A DNA stretch of 64,000 nt, taken from NCBI GenBank assembly GCA_051746405.1, contig JBNJFB010000002.1:1-64000 (forward strand), read 5' to 3'. The position numbers and the translations under genes are program-made. Shown here in pieces: positions 7,351 through 16,805 of this stretch. The first letter of the stretch is position 1; the number at the start of each line of letters is the position of its first letter. The DNA is from Campylobacterota bacterium. GTDB lineage: Bacteria > Campylobacterota > Campylobacteria > Campylobacterales > Arcobacteraceae. The notes below the pieces were generated by a model. It did no database searches and was not told where the DNA came from. It was given only the letters and a program-made list of their open reading frames with translations.

Positions 7351-8504
7351 CATTAGCAGGTAGTTTTTCACCATCAACGGGTTTAGCAGTTGCTGGAAGT
7401 GTTGCAGGATTTTTTACTTATCTTTATCAACAAAATTTAAAAGATGAAGATACAAATAGTTTTACATATAGTGGTTTAGATACATGGAGTGAACAAGTTA
7501 AACATCATTTAAATCATACTGTTACTCAAAAAACAGATTATAAACAAGTTACAAATGAGTCTATTAATTTAGAAGTTACAAACTATTTAAGTGCTTTACC
7601 AGTTGAACAAAATCACGTAAGTAAAAATGTTAGTACTCAACCAATTTTATCTAACAATCCATCAATTTTAGAATCTATGAAAAGTCAAACTTTAGAAAAT
7701 GAACAATTTCATGATTTATTTATAGAACAACAAAAGATAATGAATAATAATTTATTAGCTATTAATAAAACAATGGTTTCACTTGCAGATATACAGTCAA
7801 AAAATTATGTTAGTCAAGATGGACTAAATACCTTATTATTAGAGTCTTTACCAGGAATTTTACAATCATTAACTAATCTTGGAAGTTTACCAAAAGTTAT
7901 AGCAGAGAGTAATGATATATCTCATATACTAGATTCAGAAACAATTGGAAAATTAACAGATATAGAAACACATTTATCCAAATTAGAACAAACATTAAAT
8001 CAAAAAGACATGAGCCCAACTGTTAATAATAGTGTAAATAACTCAGTAGATACAACCCCAATAGCTAATGAAACAGCAAAAATAGCAACTGCAACTGAAA
8101 CCTTAGCTCATGGAGTTGATAATCAAATACTAACAAATGAAAAAATATCATCAGGAGTTGATAATCAAATTCTAACAAATCAAAAAATAGTAGAAAAATC
8201 AGATTTACAAATTGATGATTTAAAATTCTATAAAGATGGTTCAAGTAACTTAACTGATTCATCAGGTAACCAAATCAAACCACGTGAAGTAAAAGCAAAA
8301 AATAATGCTGAAAACGCGATTTATAGAAATTTAGATAATCAAATACCATATGGAGATTTAATACCAACTGATACAGAAATTGCAGAAGATGAAGCAGATT
8401 CTAATAATATCATGCAATTAGTATTAGATGATTTTTTAGATGTTGATATCACAAAAATTGATAATATAGATAATAATAAAGGTGGAAACAATGAGCAGAT
8501 TTAA
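7335..8504 (+). CDS. Hypothetical virion protein with hydrophobic N-terminus and long helical region (pilot/ejection-like)
   Basis: 389 aa; Gly/Ala-rich hydrophobic N-terminus; Q/N-rich heptads; AAGGAG SD. Confidence 0.6.
   Translation: MLPALALAGSFSPSTGLAVAGSVAGFFTYLYQQNLKDEDTNSFTYSGLDTWSEQVKHHLNHTVTQKTDYKQVTNESINLEVTNYLSALPVEQNHVSKNVSTQPILSNNPSILESMKSQTLENEQFHDLFIEQQKIMNNNLLAINKTMVSLADIQSKNYVSQDGLNTLLLESLPGILQSLTNLGSLPKVIAESNDISHILDSETIGKLTDIETHLSKLEQTLNQKDMSPTVNNSVNNSVDTTPIANETAKIATATETLAHGVDNQILTNEKISSGVDNQILTNQKIVEKSDLQIDDLKFYKDGSSNLTDSSGNQIKPREVKAKNNAENAIYRNLDNQIPYGDLIPTDTEIAEDEADSNNIMQLVLDDFLDVDITKIDNIDNNKGGNNEQI
8112..8189 (+). repeat. Tandem coding duplication with 42-bp period (GVDNQILTN[E/Q]KI x2)
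   Basis: ggagttgataatcaaat.ctaacaaat.aaaaaata at 8112 and 8154. Confidence 0.9.
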
Positions 8505-9297
8505 TCAAATACCAGGACAAACTGCTGAAGATTTTACAGATGAGTTAGCAACAGGGATAGTTTATAAATATTCTAATAGTGTAATGAAACCATTAAGAGA
8601 TAAATTATCTCAAAGTGATAACGATTCAGTACTAAATGAAGCATTAGAGGGGGCATTAAGTACTTTTCAATTTGCCACTATGAATACAGTTATTCAAGTT
8701 GTTCAAGAATATGTAATGGTTAAATTATTCGCAACAGCTGGAACAATATTTGCATATATTAAAGGTTCATCAGTAGCATCAAAACTTAAAAATAAAACAC
8801 AAGAAGTATTGACAACGTTTGGAAAATATGGTGGTGCAGTGGGTAAATTTGTTAAAGGTAGTTTAGGAGTTGTTTTAGGAACACAAGAAGAAAGATTGAC
8901 TATGGCTAAAATGGCTAATGATAATGTTAATAACCTTACTAATATAGTTTCTAATGAACGACAAAACCAAATACTTATGAAAAGTTCAAGAAGAAAAAGT
9001 TTCGAAAATGTTTTGTCTAGTTCACAACGAAATAAAATCACAAATGATGACAAAAAAATAAATATGTTTTTGCATAAAATGAAGTCTGGAACATGGAAAA
9101 ATACAGCACAAGACAAGTATCTATATGAACAAGCCACGGCTTTTGATTTTTCAAGTAGTCATTTAATGTTCAATAAATCATTCGTTGATAAACTTAATCA
9201 ATTATCGGAATACGCTAAAGATGTTGAGGGTAACATGATTAATCTTGCACAAACACACGTCGATTATGTAACTACTCTTGGATATACAAAGGTTTAA
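8491..9297 (+). CDS. Hypothetical helical virion or membrane-interacting protein
   Basis: ATG 8491 with AAGGTGG SD; Gly-rich amphipathic FGKYGGAVGKFVKGSLGVVLG; basic C-terminal half. Confidence 0.65.
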   Translation: MSRFNQIPGQTAEDFTDELATGIVYKYSNSVMKPLRDKLSQSDNDSVLNEALEGALSTFQFATMNTVIQVVQEYVMVKLFATAGTIFAYIKGSSVASKLKNKTQEVLTTFGKYGGAVGKFVKGSLGVVLGTQEERLTMAKMANDNVNNLTNIVSNERQNQILMKSSRRKSFENVLSSSQRNKITNDDKKINMFLHKMKSGTWKNTAQDKYLYEQATAFDFSSSHLMFNKSFVDKLNQLSEYAKDVEGNMINLAQTHVDYVTTLGYTKV

Positions 9298-9298
9298 T

Positions 9299-9658
9299 AT
9301 GCTTTTTTATGTAACTATCCAATCAGGACGAACAGATAACTTTTATGTCGAATGTAATTCAAAAAATGATATATTAACATTCTTAGATACAGTTTCAGAT
9401 GCTCATGTTAGTTGTATAAAAAAAGTTGTTTACTCAAAAAAATACTTAATTAATGCAACTACTGGGGCTTTAGCCCCAAACTATGAAGCCACTAAAGAAC
9501 TGAAAATATTAGTTAAAACTGAAAACTATACAAGGCTTTTAAACTTTAGATTCCCATTAAAAAATATATCTAATGAGTTTATAACAAAACAAATAAAAAA
9601 ATATATTACAGTTGAAAATGAAAAAATTGAAACTGTTTTAAATATTGTAAGGGCATAA
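9299..9658 (+). CDS. Hypothetical protein, paralog 1 of a triplicated family
   Basis: ATG 9299 after AAGG; shares pattern with 9661 and 10174. Confidence 0.7.
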   Translation: MLFYVTIQSGRTDNFYVECNSKNDILTFLDTVSDAHVSCIKKVVYSKKYLINATTGALAPNYEATKELKILVKTENYTRLLNFRFPLKNISNEFITKQIKKYITVENEKIETVLNIVRA

Positions 9659-9660
9659 AT

Positions 9661-10002
9661 ATGAAATTCCAGGTAACTTATACAGCAAAAAATAAAACAT
9701 ACTATTCAGATATAGAAGCACTACATTATAATGATGTTTTAAATTTCTTTGATGATATAATTGGAGCAGAAGTTAAAGAGATTCGACAATATGTATTTGA
9801 AGATAATAAAAAAAAGAAGTTTGAAAATATTAATCGTAAATTGTCTGTCAAAATGTATAATGAAGATAATATTTCACATGATATAAAGATTCCTTATACC
9901 AAAAAATCCATTAGTGATAATGAGTTAATGACACTAATTAATAATACATTTGAAGTTAATAATAAATCTATCAAACGTGTACAAATTAAGAGTTTTTTAT
10001 AG
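9661..10002 (+). CDS. Hypothetical protein, paralog 2
   Basis: 113 aa; MKFQVT...NDVLNFFD...EVKEI. Confidence 0.7.
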   Translation: MKFQVTYTAKNKTYYSDIEALHYNDVLNFFDDIIGAEVKEIRQYVFEDNKKKKFENINRKLSVKMYNEDNISHDIKIPYTKKSISDNELMTLINNTFEVNNKSIKRVQIKSFL

Positions 10003-10086
10003 TTTTCTTTTTATAAAAAAACTATGTATGCACTTTAAAGCCTACACTTACCACAAAAACACACTTTATAAATAAAAAATATCCTA

Positions 10087-10115
10087 TTGACAAAAAAATC
10101 AAAACATCTAATAAT
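10087..10115 (+). promoter_or_regulatory. Candidate promoter for the 10174 gene
   Basis: TTGACA at 10087-10092, 17-nt spacer, AATAAT. Confidence 0.5.
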
Positions 10116-10173
10116 TTTATTACATTTTTAAAAAGTGTACAACAAAAAACCAAAAGAAAAAGGAAAAAGAAAA

Positions 10174-10584
10174 ATGGCAAAATATCAAGTTACACAAAAA
10201 GCTTTAGTAGGTGGTAAAAACGTATCATCAACATTTGTATTGCATGGAGATGCAGATGATTTATCTGCATTAGGTGCACATCTTGCCGGTGGTTATGAAG
10301 TAAAAGAGATTAACGAATCTTTATCAGATATGAGTAGTGCAGATACTAACAATGCAACAACTAACCCAGTAAATCAAATTAACTTAAGAGGACCTAAGGG
10401 TCAATTTGTATCAATTAAACCATATAGTGGAGTTATTCATTTCAAAAATACTTCAACAGTTGATGATATTGCAAATGCACTTAAAACAACTAAACCGTTT
10501 GAGTTACTTCCTACTGAAACACCAACTGGTATTACAGTTAAAAGAAGTGAATATTACGCAGGTTCAGAAACAACTGCTCCATAA
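10174..10584 (+). CDS. Candidate major virion protein, paralog 3 (136 aa)
   Basis: ATG 10174 with AAGGA SD; own promoter and terminator; MAKYQVT...EVKEI. Confidence 0.55.
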   Translation: MAKYQVTQKALVGGKNVSSTFVLHGDADDLSALGAHLAGGYEVKEINESLSDMSSADTNNATTNPVNQINLRGPKGQFVSIKPYSGVIHFKNTSTVDDIANALKTTKPFELLPTETPTGITVKRSEYYAGSETTAP

Positions 10585-10610
10585 TAGAGGTATCCCCCTC
10601 TATTATTTTT
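10581..10610 (+). terminator. Intrinsic terminator after the candidate major virion gene
   Basis: ATAATAGAGG-TATCCC-CCTCTATTAT followed by a T run. Confidence 0.75.
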
Positions 10611-10657
10611 AAATATGTTTATAAGATAGATATATTTAATTATATGAAAGGTAAAAA

Positions 10658-11557
10658 ATGGCAACACAATTAACCCCAAAAATGCAAGATGTACTTGACA
10701 AAATCATAAATGAATTAGATACAAGAATTAATTCAGAGTTAGATATCAATACACTATTTAAAATAGATACTGAAATTGCTGAACTTAATTCAGTTTGGGC
10801 TACTCTTCTTGATACAAAAGAAACAGAATTAGGAATAAAACTAGAAGAGCTAACAACAACAGTTCAACAAAAATTAGATAATGGTGATTTTAAGGGTCAA
10901 GATGGTTACACTCCTAAAAAAGGTATAGATTACTTTGATGGTGAAGATGGAACATCAATCACAAATGTAGAAAACTCAAACAATCAGTTATTAATTACAG
11001 ATTCAAACAATAAAAAGTATAACTTAGGTAACTACGTTAATGATTATAATAATTTGATTAATAAACCTCATTCTTATTATGGTTCAGTAGAATTAAAAAG
11101 AAGAGAATATTCTTTAGTTTTTGATACACGATACACTTTAGATTTTCATTGGGTAAAAATAATTATACCACAATACCGTTCTTCAAATAACACATTTAAT
11201 TCATTAGATTTTGAAGTTTTTCATATGGCAAAACATGGAACTGGTTCTAATCGATATTCATTTAAAGCTGTTACTGGTTCTAATCATCGTAGATACATGA
11301 ATATCGCATTTTCAAGTATAGAAAAAATAAAAAGTACAAATAGCTTTCATGGATATACTGAATCACTTTCTATCTATAGAAAAACATCATCTGGTAATGA
11401 AAATATGAAAGAACTTTATTTTAAAATTCCTAAAAATGGAGACCATCAAGAATATTGTTCTTTATATATATCACAAATAGGATTAGAACCATTAGAATTA
11501 CATTATTTAGGTACAGATACACCTGAAGATTTAACTTTATTACAGGAGATTGTATAA
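10658..11557 (+). CDS. Tail-fibre/spike-like receptor-binding protein
   Basis: N-terminal coiled coil, GDFKGQDGYTPKKGIDYFDGEDG collagen-type motif, DYNNLINKP fibre motif, beta-rich C-terminal domain. Confidence 0.7.
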   Translation: MATQLTPKMQDVLDKIINELDTRINSELDINTLFKIDTEIAELNSVWATLLDTKETELGIKLEELTTTVQQKLDNGDFKGQDGYTPKKGIDYFDGEDGTSITNVENSNNQLLITDSNNKKYNLGNYVNDYNNLINKPHSYYGSVELKRREYSLVFDTRYTLDFHWVKIIIPQYRSSNNTFNSLDFEVFHMAKHGTGSNRYSFKAVTGSNHRRYMNIAFSSIEKIKSTNSFHGYTESLSIYRKTSSGNENMKELYFKIPKNGDHQEYCSLYISQIGLEPLELHYLGTDTPEDLTLLQEIV

Positions 11558-11739
11558 TGAATGAAGAATTAGAGGATAAAACACTAATAATATCATGGAG
11601 AGAACTTAGAGAACAAGAGTACAGAAAATTAAATCAATTAGAGATGATTTATGATGATAAAATAAATGGTACTACTGTTTGGGAAGACACTATTAATTCA
11701 ATTAAACAAAAATATCCAAAGCCTGAAGATGAACTTTAA
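11557..11739 (+). CDS. Small fibre-associated phage protein (possible assembly chaperone)
   Basis: R..EY...QLEMIYDD....W...I..IK.KYPKP pattern, typical of small proteins next to phage fibre genes. Confidence 0.55.
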   Translation: MNEELEDKTLIISWRELREQEYRKLNQLEMIYDDKINGTTVWEDTINSIKQKYPKPEDEL

Positions 11740-11863
11740 TATAGAATCATTAACAAATGTTATATTAGTTGCACATACTATTATATTATATCCAGTTTCA
11801 AAATTTATATTTCAAACTGAAAAAAGATTAACAATTCTTGAAACAACACTAAAAGAAAAATAA
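11729..11863 (+). CDS. 44-aa single-TM plus coiled-coil protein (holin-like or YvrJ-like)
   Basis: MNFNIESLTNVILVAHTIILYPVSKFIFQTEKRLTILETTLKEK from ATG 11729. Confidence 0.55.
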   Translation: MNFNIESLTNVILVAHTIILYPVSKFIFQTEKRLTILETTLKEK

Positions 11864-11931
11864 TTTTTTAAAATTAAGTTTTAGATAGTATAAATTTTTA
11901 CACATAAAAAAGTTATTTGTGGGATTTTTTT

Positions 11932-12008
<77 letters not shown>

Positions 12009-12024
12009 TTTTGTTAAACTTAAA

Positions 12025-12099
12025 TGGCTGGGGTAGAGGGATTCGAACCCCCGAATAACGATACCAAAAACCGTTGCCTTACCACTTGGCGATACCCCA
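12025..12099 (-). tRNA. tRNA-Gln (TTG)
   Basis: TGGGGTATCGCCAAGTGGTAAGGC...TTTTGGT...GTTCGAATCC...CCA; 75 nt. Confidence 0.96.
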
Positions 12100-12114
12100 A
12101 ATTTAAGTGACGAA

Positions 12115-12143
12115 ATTATAGTCAAAAAAGTATAAATTGTCAA
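12115..12143 (-). promoter_or_regulatory. Consensus sigma70 promoter of the tRNA operon
   Basis: Minus strand TTGACA (12143-12138), 17-nt spacer, TATAAT (12120-12115). Confidence 0.85.
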
Positions 12144-12216
12144 GAGTTTTTTATAGTATTTTTTTTAATTTCTGATATAATTGCATACATACGAAAATTT
12201 TATAAAAAGAGACTAT

Positions 12217-13245
12217 ATGAATACAATAAATAGAGTAAAAGAAGCAATAGAAGAGATACAAAAAGGTAATATGGTAATAATGCTAGATGATGAGGATAGG
12301 GAGAATGAAGGTGACCTTGTTTATTCAGCGGCATTAAGTACTCCACAAAAAGTAAACTTTATGGCATCACATGCAAAAGGTCTAATATGTGTTTCTGTTA
12401 CAAAAAATACTGCTAACAAGTTAGAGTTAAATCCTATGGTTAATGCAAATACTTCATCCTATGAAACAGCATTTACAGTATCTGTAGATGATGCAAATGC
12501 ATCAACTGGGATTAGTGCAAAAGAGAGAGATGATACAATAAAAATTTTAGCAAACCCTATATCAAGACCATGTGAATTAGTTAAACCAGGACATATATTT
12601 CCTTTAATTGCAAAAGATGGTGGAGTGCTAGTAAGAACAGGACATACAGAAGGAAGTGTAGATTTATGTAAACTTGCAGGATTAAATGGCGAAGCTGTAA
12701 TTTGTGAAATCATGAAAGAAGATGGAACAATGGCTAGAAGAGATGACTTAGATATATTTGCAAAAAAACATAATATGAAACAGATATTTATATCTGATTT
12801 AGTAGAGTATAGACTACTACATGAAAAACTTGTTGAAGAGATTAGCAATGAAGATATTACATTTTTTGGTGAAAAAGTAAATAAAAAAGAGTTTAAAGAC
12901 CACTTAGGAAATATTCATACAGTTATTTTAATTGGAGAACAAAAAGAGATAACACATGTTAAATTTCATACAATAATGCCAGATATTGAGCTACTTTTAA
13001 ATGATGAAAAACTAAACTCAATGATAAAGACTATAAACTTTTTAAAAGCAAAGGGTGGGGTTTTAATTTTATTATCTGATGAAAAGAAAAAAGAGACACA
13101 AAAAGATTATGGAATAGGGGCGCAAATTTTAAATAGCCTTAACATAAAACAGATTAAATTAATGACAAGTGGTGGTAAGCACTCATTTGTTGGATTACAT
13201 GGATTTGGTTTAGAAATAGCAGAAGAGATACAAATAGAGTTTTAA
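12217..13245 (+). CDS. ribB: DHBP synthase fused to a degenerate GTP cyclohydrolase II-like domain (RibBX)
   Basis: DDEDRENEGDL, PGHIFPL and RTGHTEG motifs; the C-terminal domain lacks the Zn-binding cysteines. Confidence 0.92.
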   Translation: MNTINRVKEAIEEIQKGNMVIMLDDEDRENEGDLVYSAALSTPQKVNFMASHAKGLICVSVTKNTANKLELNPMVNANTSSYETAFTVSVDDANASTGISAKERDDTIKILANPISRPCELVKPGHIFPLIAKDGGVLVRTGHTEGSVDLCKLAGLNGEAVICEIMKEDGTMARRDDLDIFAKKHNMKQIFISDLVEYRLLHEKLVEEISNEDITFFGEKVNKKEFKDHLGNIHTVILIGEQKEITHVKFHTIMPDIELLLNDEKLNSMIKTINFLKAKGGVLILLSDEKKKETQKDYGIGAQILNSLNIKQIKLMTSGGKHSFVGLHGFGLEIAEEIQIEF

Positions 13246-13261
13246 AATACTCTATTTGTAT
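13228..13261. terminator. Inverted repeat between convergent genes, probably a terminator
   Basis: ATACAAATAGAGT / ACTCTATTTGTAT 13-bp stem. Confidence 0.6.
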
Positions 13262-13274
13262 TGAAGCTTTATAA

Positions 13275-13769
13275 TTAAGCTAAACCTGCAGCTGATTTAA
13301 TTAAATCAAGAGTTTTTTGCGGGATTTCAAGGTTTCTAGATAGTTTATCTTCATGATCTTTATAATACTTTGATTCTAAAATTGTATTAATTTTATCTTC
13401 ATATTTTTGAATTACTGTCTCTTGAGTATCTTTATCTTCAATGTCTAAAAACTGCTTAGGCTCTTGATTTGAAACTCTAGCTAATCTATATTCAAACAAA
13501 TACTTATTATCAAAATCTTCATTAAATTTTTCACAAATTGATTTATAAACATCATCTAGTTCAGCTTGGTACTGTCTATATATTTTGCCAGCACTATCAT
13601 TTAATGCTTTTGTAAAATTATTATAGTTTACTAATTGTGCTTTTAATTCATCTTTATCAACTACATCGTTTTGAATATCATATTTTTTTGATAGTAGGTG
13701 CTTACAACAGTGATGTACAACTTCTGGCTCTGTTTTTTCAATGTCAGCTAAAAATTCTGATAATTTCAT
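13275..13769 (-). CDS. Hypothetical protein
   Basis: 164-aa ORF with AGGAG SD. Confidence 0.8.
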   Translation of the reverse strand: MKLSEFLADIEKTEPEVVHHCCKHLLSKKYDIQNDVVDKDELKAQLVNYNNFTKALNDSAGKIYRQYQAELDDVYKSICEKFNEDFDNKYLFEYRLARVSNQEPKQFLDIEDKDTQETVIQKYEDKINTILESKYYKDHEDKLSRNLEIPQKTLDLIKSAAGLA

Positions 13770-13792
13770 TTGATTCTCCTAATTTTAGTTAT

Positions 13793-13823
13793 AAAAAAAG
13801 GAGTGAAAAACTCCACTCCTTTT
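13793..13823 (-). terminator. Intrinsic terminator after pckA
   Basis: AAAAGGAGTG / CACTCCTTTT stem with a T tract on the minus strand. Confidence 0.8.
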
Positions 13824-13853
13824 AACAATAAACTTTTATAGGAAAATTATAAC

Positions 13854-15434
13854 CTAAACTTTTGGTCCTGCAGCTGTGAAATCATATTCACTTTCTAAAG
13901 TTAAGTATTTTTTAAAGTTTTCAATATACATGCTTGCTAATTTCTTTTTTGTTTCATCATATGCGTCTTTATCTTCCCATGTATTTCTAGGGTTTAAAAC
14001 TTCAGTATCTACACCTTTTAAAGTTTTTGGAATTGTTAAATTAAATACAGGTAATGTTTCAAATTCAGAATCATTTATAGAACCGTCTAAAATAGCATCA
14101 ATACAAGCTCTTGTATTTCTTATACTCATTCTTGAACCAACACCATATGGACCACCTGTCCAACCTGTATTAACTAAATAAACATTTACATTATGTGTAT
14201 CTATTTTTTGACCTAATAACTCTGCATACTTAGTAGGATTAAGAGGTAAAAAAGCTTCACCAAAACAAGATGAGAAAGTAGCAACAGGTTCAGTTATTCC
14301 TCTTTCTGTACCTGCAACTTTTGCTGTATATCCACTTAGAAAGTAGTACATAGCTTGTTTTTTATCAAGTTTCGCAACTGGAGGTAAAACCCCAAATGCA
14401 TCAGCACATAAGAAGATAATATTATTTGGATGACCACCTTTCATATCAGGTGTATGATTTGGGATATGGTCTAAAGGATACGATACTCTTGTATTTTCAG
14501 TTTTTGCACCATCAGTAAAGTCAACAACACCATTCTCATCAGCAACAACATTTTCTAAAATTGCACCTTTTTTGATAGCATTGAAAATATCAGGCTCAGA
14601 ACTCTTATCAAGATTTATAACCTTTGCATAACAACCGCCCTCAAAGTTAAAAATACCATTATCATCCCAACCATGTTCATCATCACCAATTAAAGCTCTT
14701 TTTGGATCAGTAGATAGGGTTGTTTTTCCAGTACCTGATAATCCAAAGAATAGGGCAGTATCACCATCATCTCCAATATTTGCAGAACAGTGCATTGGCA
14801 GTTTTCCCTCTAGTGGAAGCCAATAGTTCATCATTGAGAAAACACCTTTTTTCATTTCACCTGCATACCATGTACCACCAATAATTGCAGTATTATCTTC
14901 AATATTAAATGCCACATATACTTCTGAATTAAGACCATGACTTGCATAAGACATATTAACTGTTTTACAAGAGTTATAAACTGTAAAATCAGGCTTAAAA
15001 TTATCAAGCTCTTCTTTTGTTTTAGGAACTATAAACATGTTTTGAATAAAATGAGCTTGCCATGCAACTTCTGTAATAAATCTAACAGATTTTCTAGAGT
15101 CCAATGAAGCCCCACAATATACATCTGTCACATATAAGTCTTTATTACTTAACTGTTTTTTTGAATTTGCGAATAAGTCTTCGTAAACCTCTCTTGAAAC
15201 TTTTTGATTGATCTCACCCCAAGCTATATACTTATTTGATGGATCTTGATTTACAAAAAATTTATCTCTAGGACTTCGTCCTGTAAAGATACCTGTATCA
15301 ACCATTAGTGCACCAGTTGAAGAGACACTAGCCCCTTCATTTTCCACTGCATCTTTTATTAAAGAATCAATATCAAGATTTCTTTTAACTTCACCTACAT
15401 TTTCTAGACCTAAAGCGTCTTTAATTTCAGACAT
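13854..15434 (-). CDS. pckA: PEP carboxykinase (ATP)
   Basis: [34 protein letters not shown]. Confidence 0.97.
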   Translation of the reverse strand: MSEIKDALGLENVGEVKRNLDIDSLIKDAVENEGASVSSTGALMVDTGIFTGRSPRDKFFVNQDPSNKYIAWGEINQKVSREVYEDLFANSKKQLSNKDLYVTDVYCGASLDSRKSVRFITEVAWQAHFIQNMFIVPKTKEELDNFKPDFTVYNSCKTVNMSYASHGLNSEVYVAFNIEDNTAIIGGTWYAGEMKKGVFSMMNYWLPLEGKLPMHCSANIGDDGDTALFFGLSGTGKTTLSTDPKRALIGDDEHGWDDNGIFNFEGGCYAKVINLDKSSEPDIFNAIKKGAILENVVADENGVVDFTDGAKTENTRVSYPLDHIPNHTPDMKGGHPNNIIFLCADAFGVLPPVAKLDKKQAMYYFLSGYTAKVAGTERGITEPVATFSSCFGEAFLPLNPTKYAELLGQKIDTHNVNVYLVNTGWTGGPYGVGSRMSIRNTRACIDAILDGSINDSEFETLPVFNLTIPKTLKGVDTEVLNPRNTWEDKDAYDETKKKLASMYIENFKKYLTLESEYDFTAAGPKV

Positions 15435-15465
15435 AATTTAACTTTCCTACTATTTAAATTTTTTA

Positions 15466-16794
15466 TTATTTAAAAATTGATAAAAGCACACCAGCTGCAA
15501 CTGCTGAACCAATCACTCCTGCAACATTTGGACCCATAGCATGCATTAATAGTACATTTGATGGATCATTACGTTGACCTTCCTTACTTACAACCCTAGC
15601 TGCCATTGGCACTGCTGAAACACCAGCTGCACCAATTAATGGGTTGATTCTGCTATCTTCTGAACTTAACTTATTCATAATTTTAGCCATAATCACACCC
15701 ATTAAAGTACCTGCTGCAAATGCAACTAAACCAATTGCCATAATACCTAATGTTTCACCAACTAAAAATGATTCAGATGCTAATTTTGAACCAACACCTA
15801 AACCTAAGAATATTGTTACAATATTAATTAAGGCATTTTGCATAGTATCAGAAAGTCTATCAACAACACCTGATTCCTTTGCAAAGTTACCAAAACACAA
15901 TGCACCAATTAATGGGGCAGCATCAGGCAAAATCAGTAAAGTTAAAACTAAAACTATAATTGGAAATACAATTTTCTCTAATTTACTAACTTTTCTAATA
16001 TTTGGCATCTTTATTTTTCTTTCAGCTTCAGTTGTAACTGCTCTCATAATTGGAGGTTGAATAACAGGAACTAAAGCCATATATGAATATGCAGCAACTG
16101 CAATTGCCCCTAATAGTTCAGGTGCTAAAGCTGATGCTATAAAGATTGATGTTGGACCATCTGCACCACCAATAATAGAAATAGCAGCTGCTTGTTGTAG
16201 TGAGAACTCAATCCCTGGTACATATTGAGATAAAACAACAGCACCAACTAATGAACCAAAAATACCAAACTGTGCAGCTGCACCTAGTAGGGCAGTTTTT
16301 GGATTTGCTAATAGTGGACCAAAGTCAGTCATAGCACCAACACCCATAAAAATCAATAAGGGAAAGAACTCATTAGCAATCCCCATATTATAAATAATAC
16401 CCAACATACCATCTGCACCTGCCATATTAGCAATAGGGATATTAGCTAAAATTCCACCAAACCCAATTGGAATCAATAATAGTGGCTCAAAACCTTTTTT
16501 TATAGCTAAGTAAAATAGTATAAGACAAATAATTATCATTATTACTCTACCGCCACTTTGTGCAAAAATAGTCATCTCATTTCCATGGGAGTCTTTTACA
16601 CCTTCTTTTGGACTTATTATTGCATTTAAACCAGTTGTATTATAAAATGACTGAATAAGTTCAGTCATTGACTTTGAAGAGTACTCTTCTTGTTTTGTAG
16701 GTTCTTCATATCCAACAGCAGCTGCATATGAATTAACAGTAAATAGACTAAAAACTATACTAAAAAGAATTATTAATAGACTTTTTTTCATCAT
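15466..16794 (-). CDS. oadB: Na+-translocating decarboxylase beta subunit
   Basis: [36 protein letters not shown]. Confidence 0.95.
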   Translation of the reverse strand: MMKKSLLIILFSIVFSLFTVNSYAAAVGYEEPTKQEEYSSKSMTELIQSFYNTTGLNAIISPKEGVKDSHGNEMTIFAQSGGRVIMIIICLILFYLAIKKGFEPLLLIPIGFGGILANIPIANMAGADGMLGIIYNMGIANEFFPLLIFMGVGAMTDFGPLLANPKTALLGAAAQFGIFGSLVGAVVLSQYVPGIEFSLQQAAAISIIGGADGPTSIFIASALAPELLGAIAVAAYSYMALVPVIQPPIMRAVTTEAERKIKMPNIRKVSKLEKIVFPIIVLVLTLLILPDAAPLIGALCFGNFAKESGVVDRLSDTMQNALINIVTIFLGLGVGSKLASESFLVGETLGIMAIGLVAFAAGTLMGVIMAKIMNKLSSEDSRINPLIGAAGVSAVPMAARVVSKEGQRNDPSNVLLMHAMGPNVAGVIGSAVAAGVLLSIFK

Positions 16795-16805
16795 AACTCC
16801 AATTA

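Noticed and set aside
8112..8189. Possible CRISPR-like repeat
   Set aside because: Two in-frame coding copies separated by 6 nt; no spacers or cas genes
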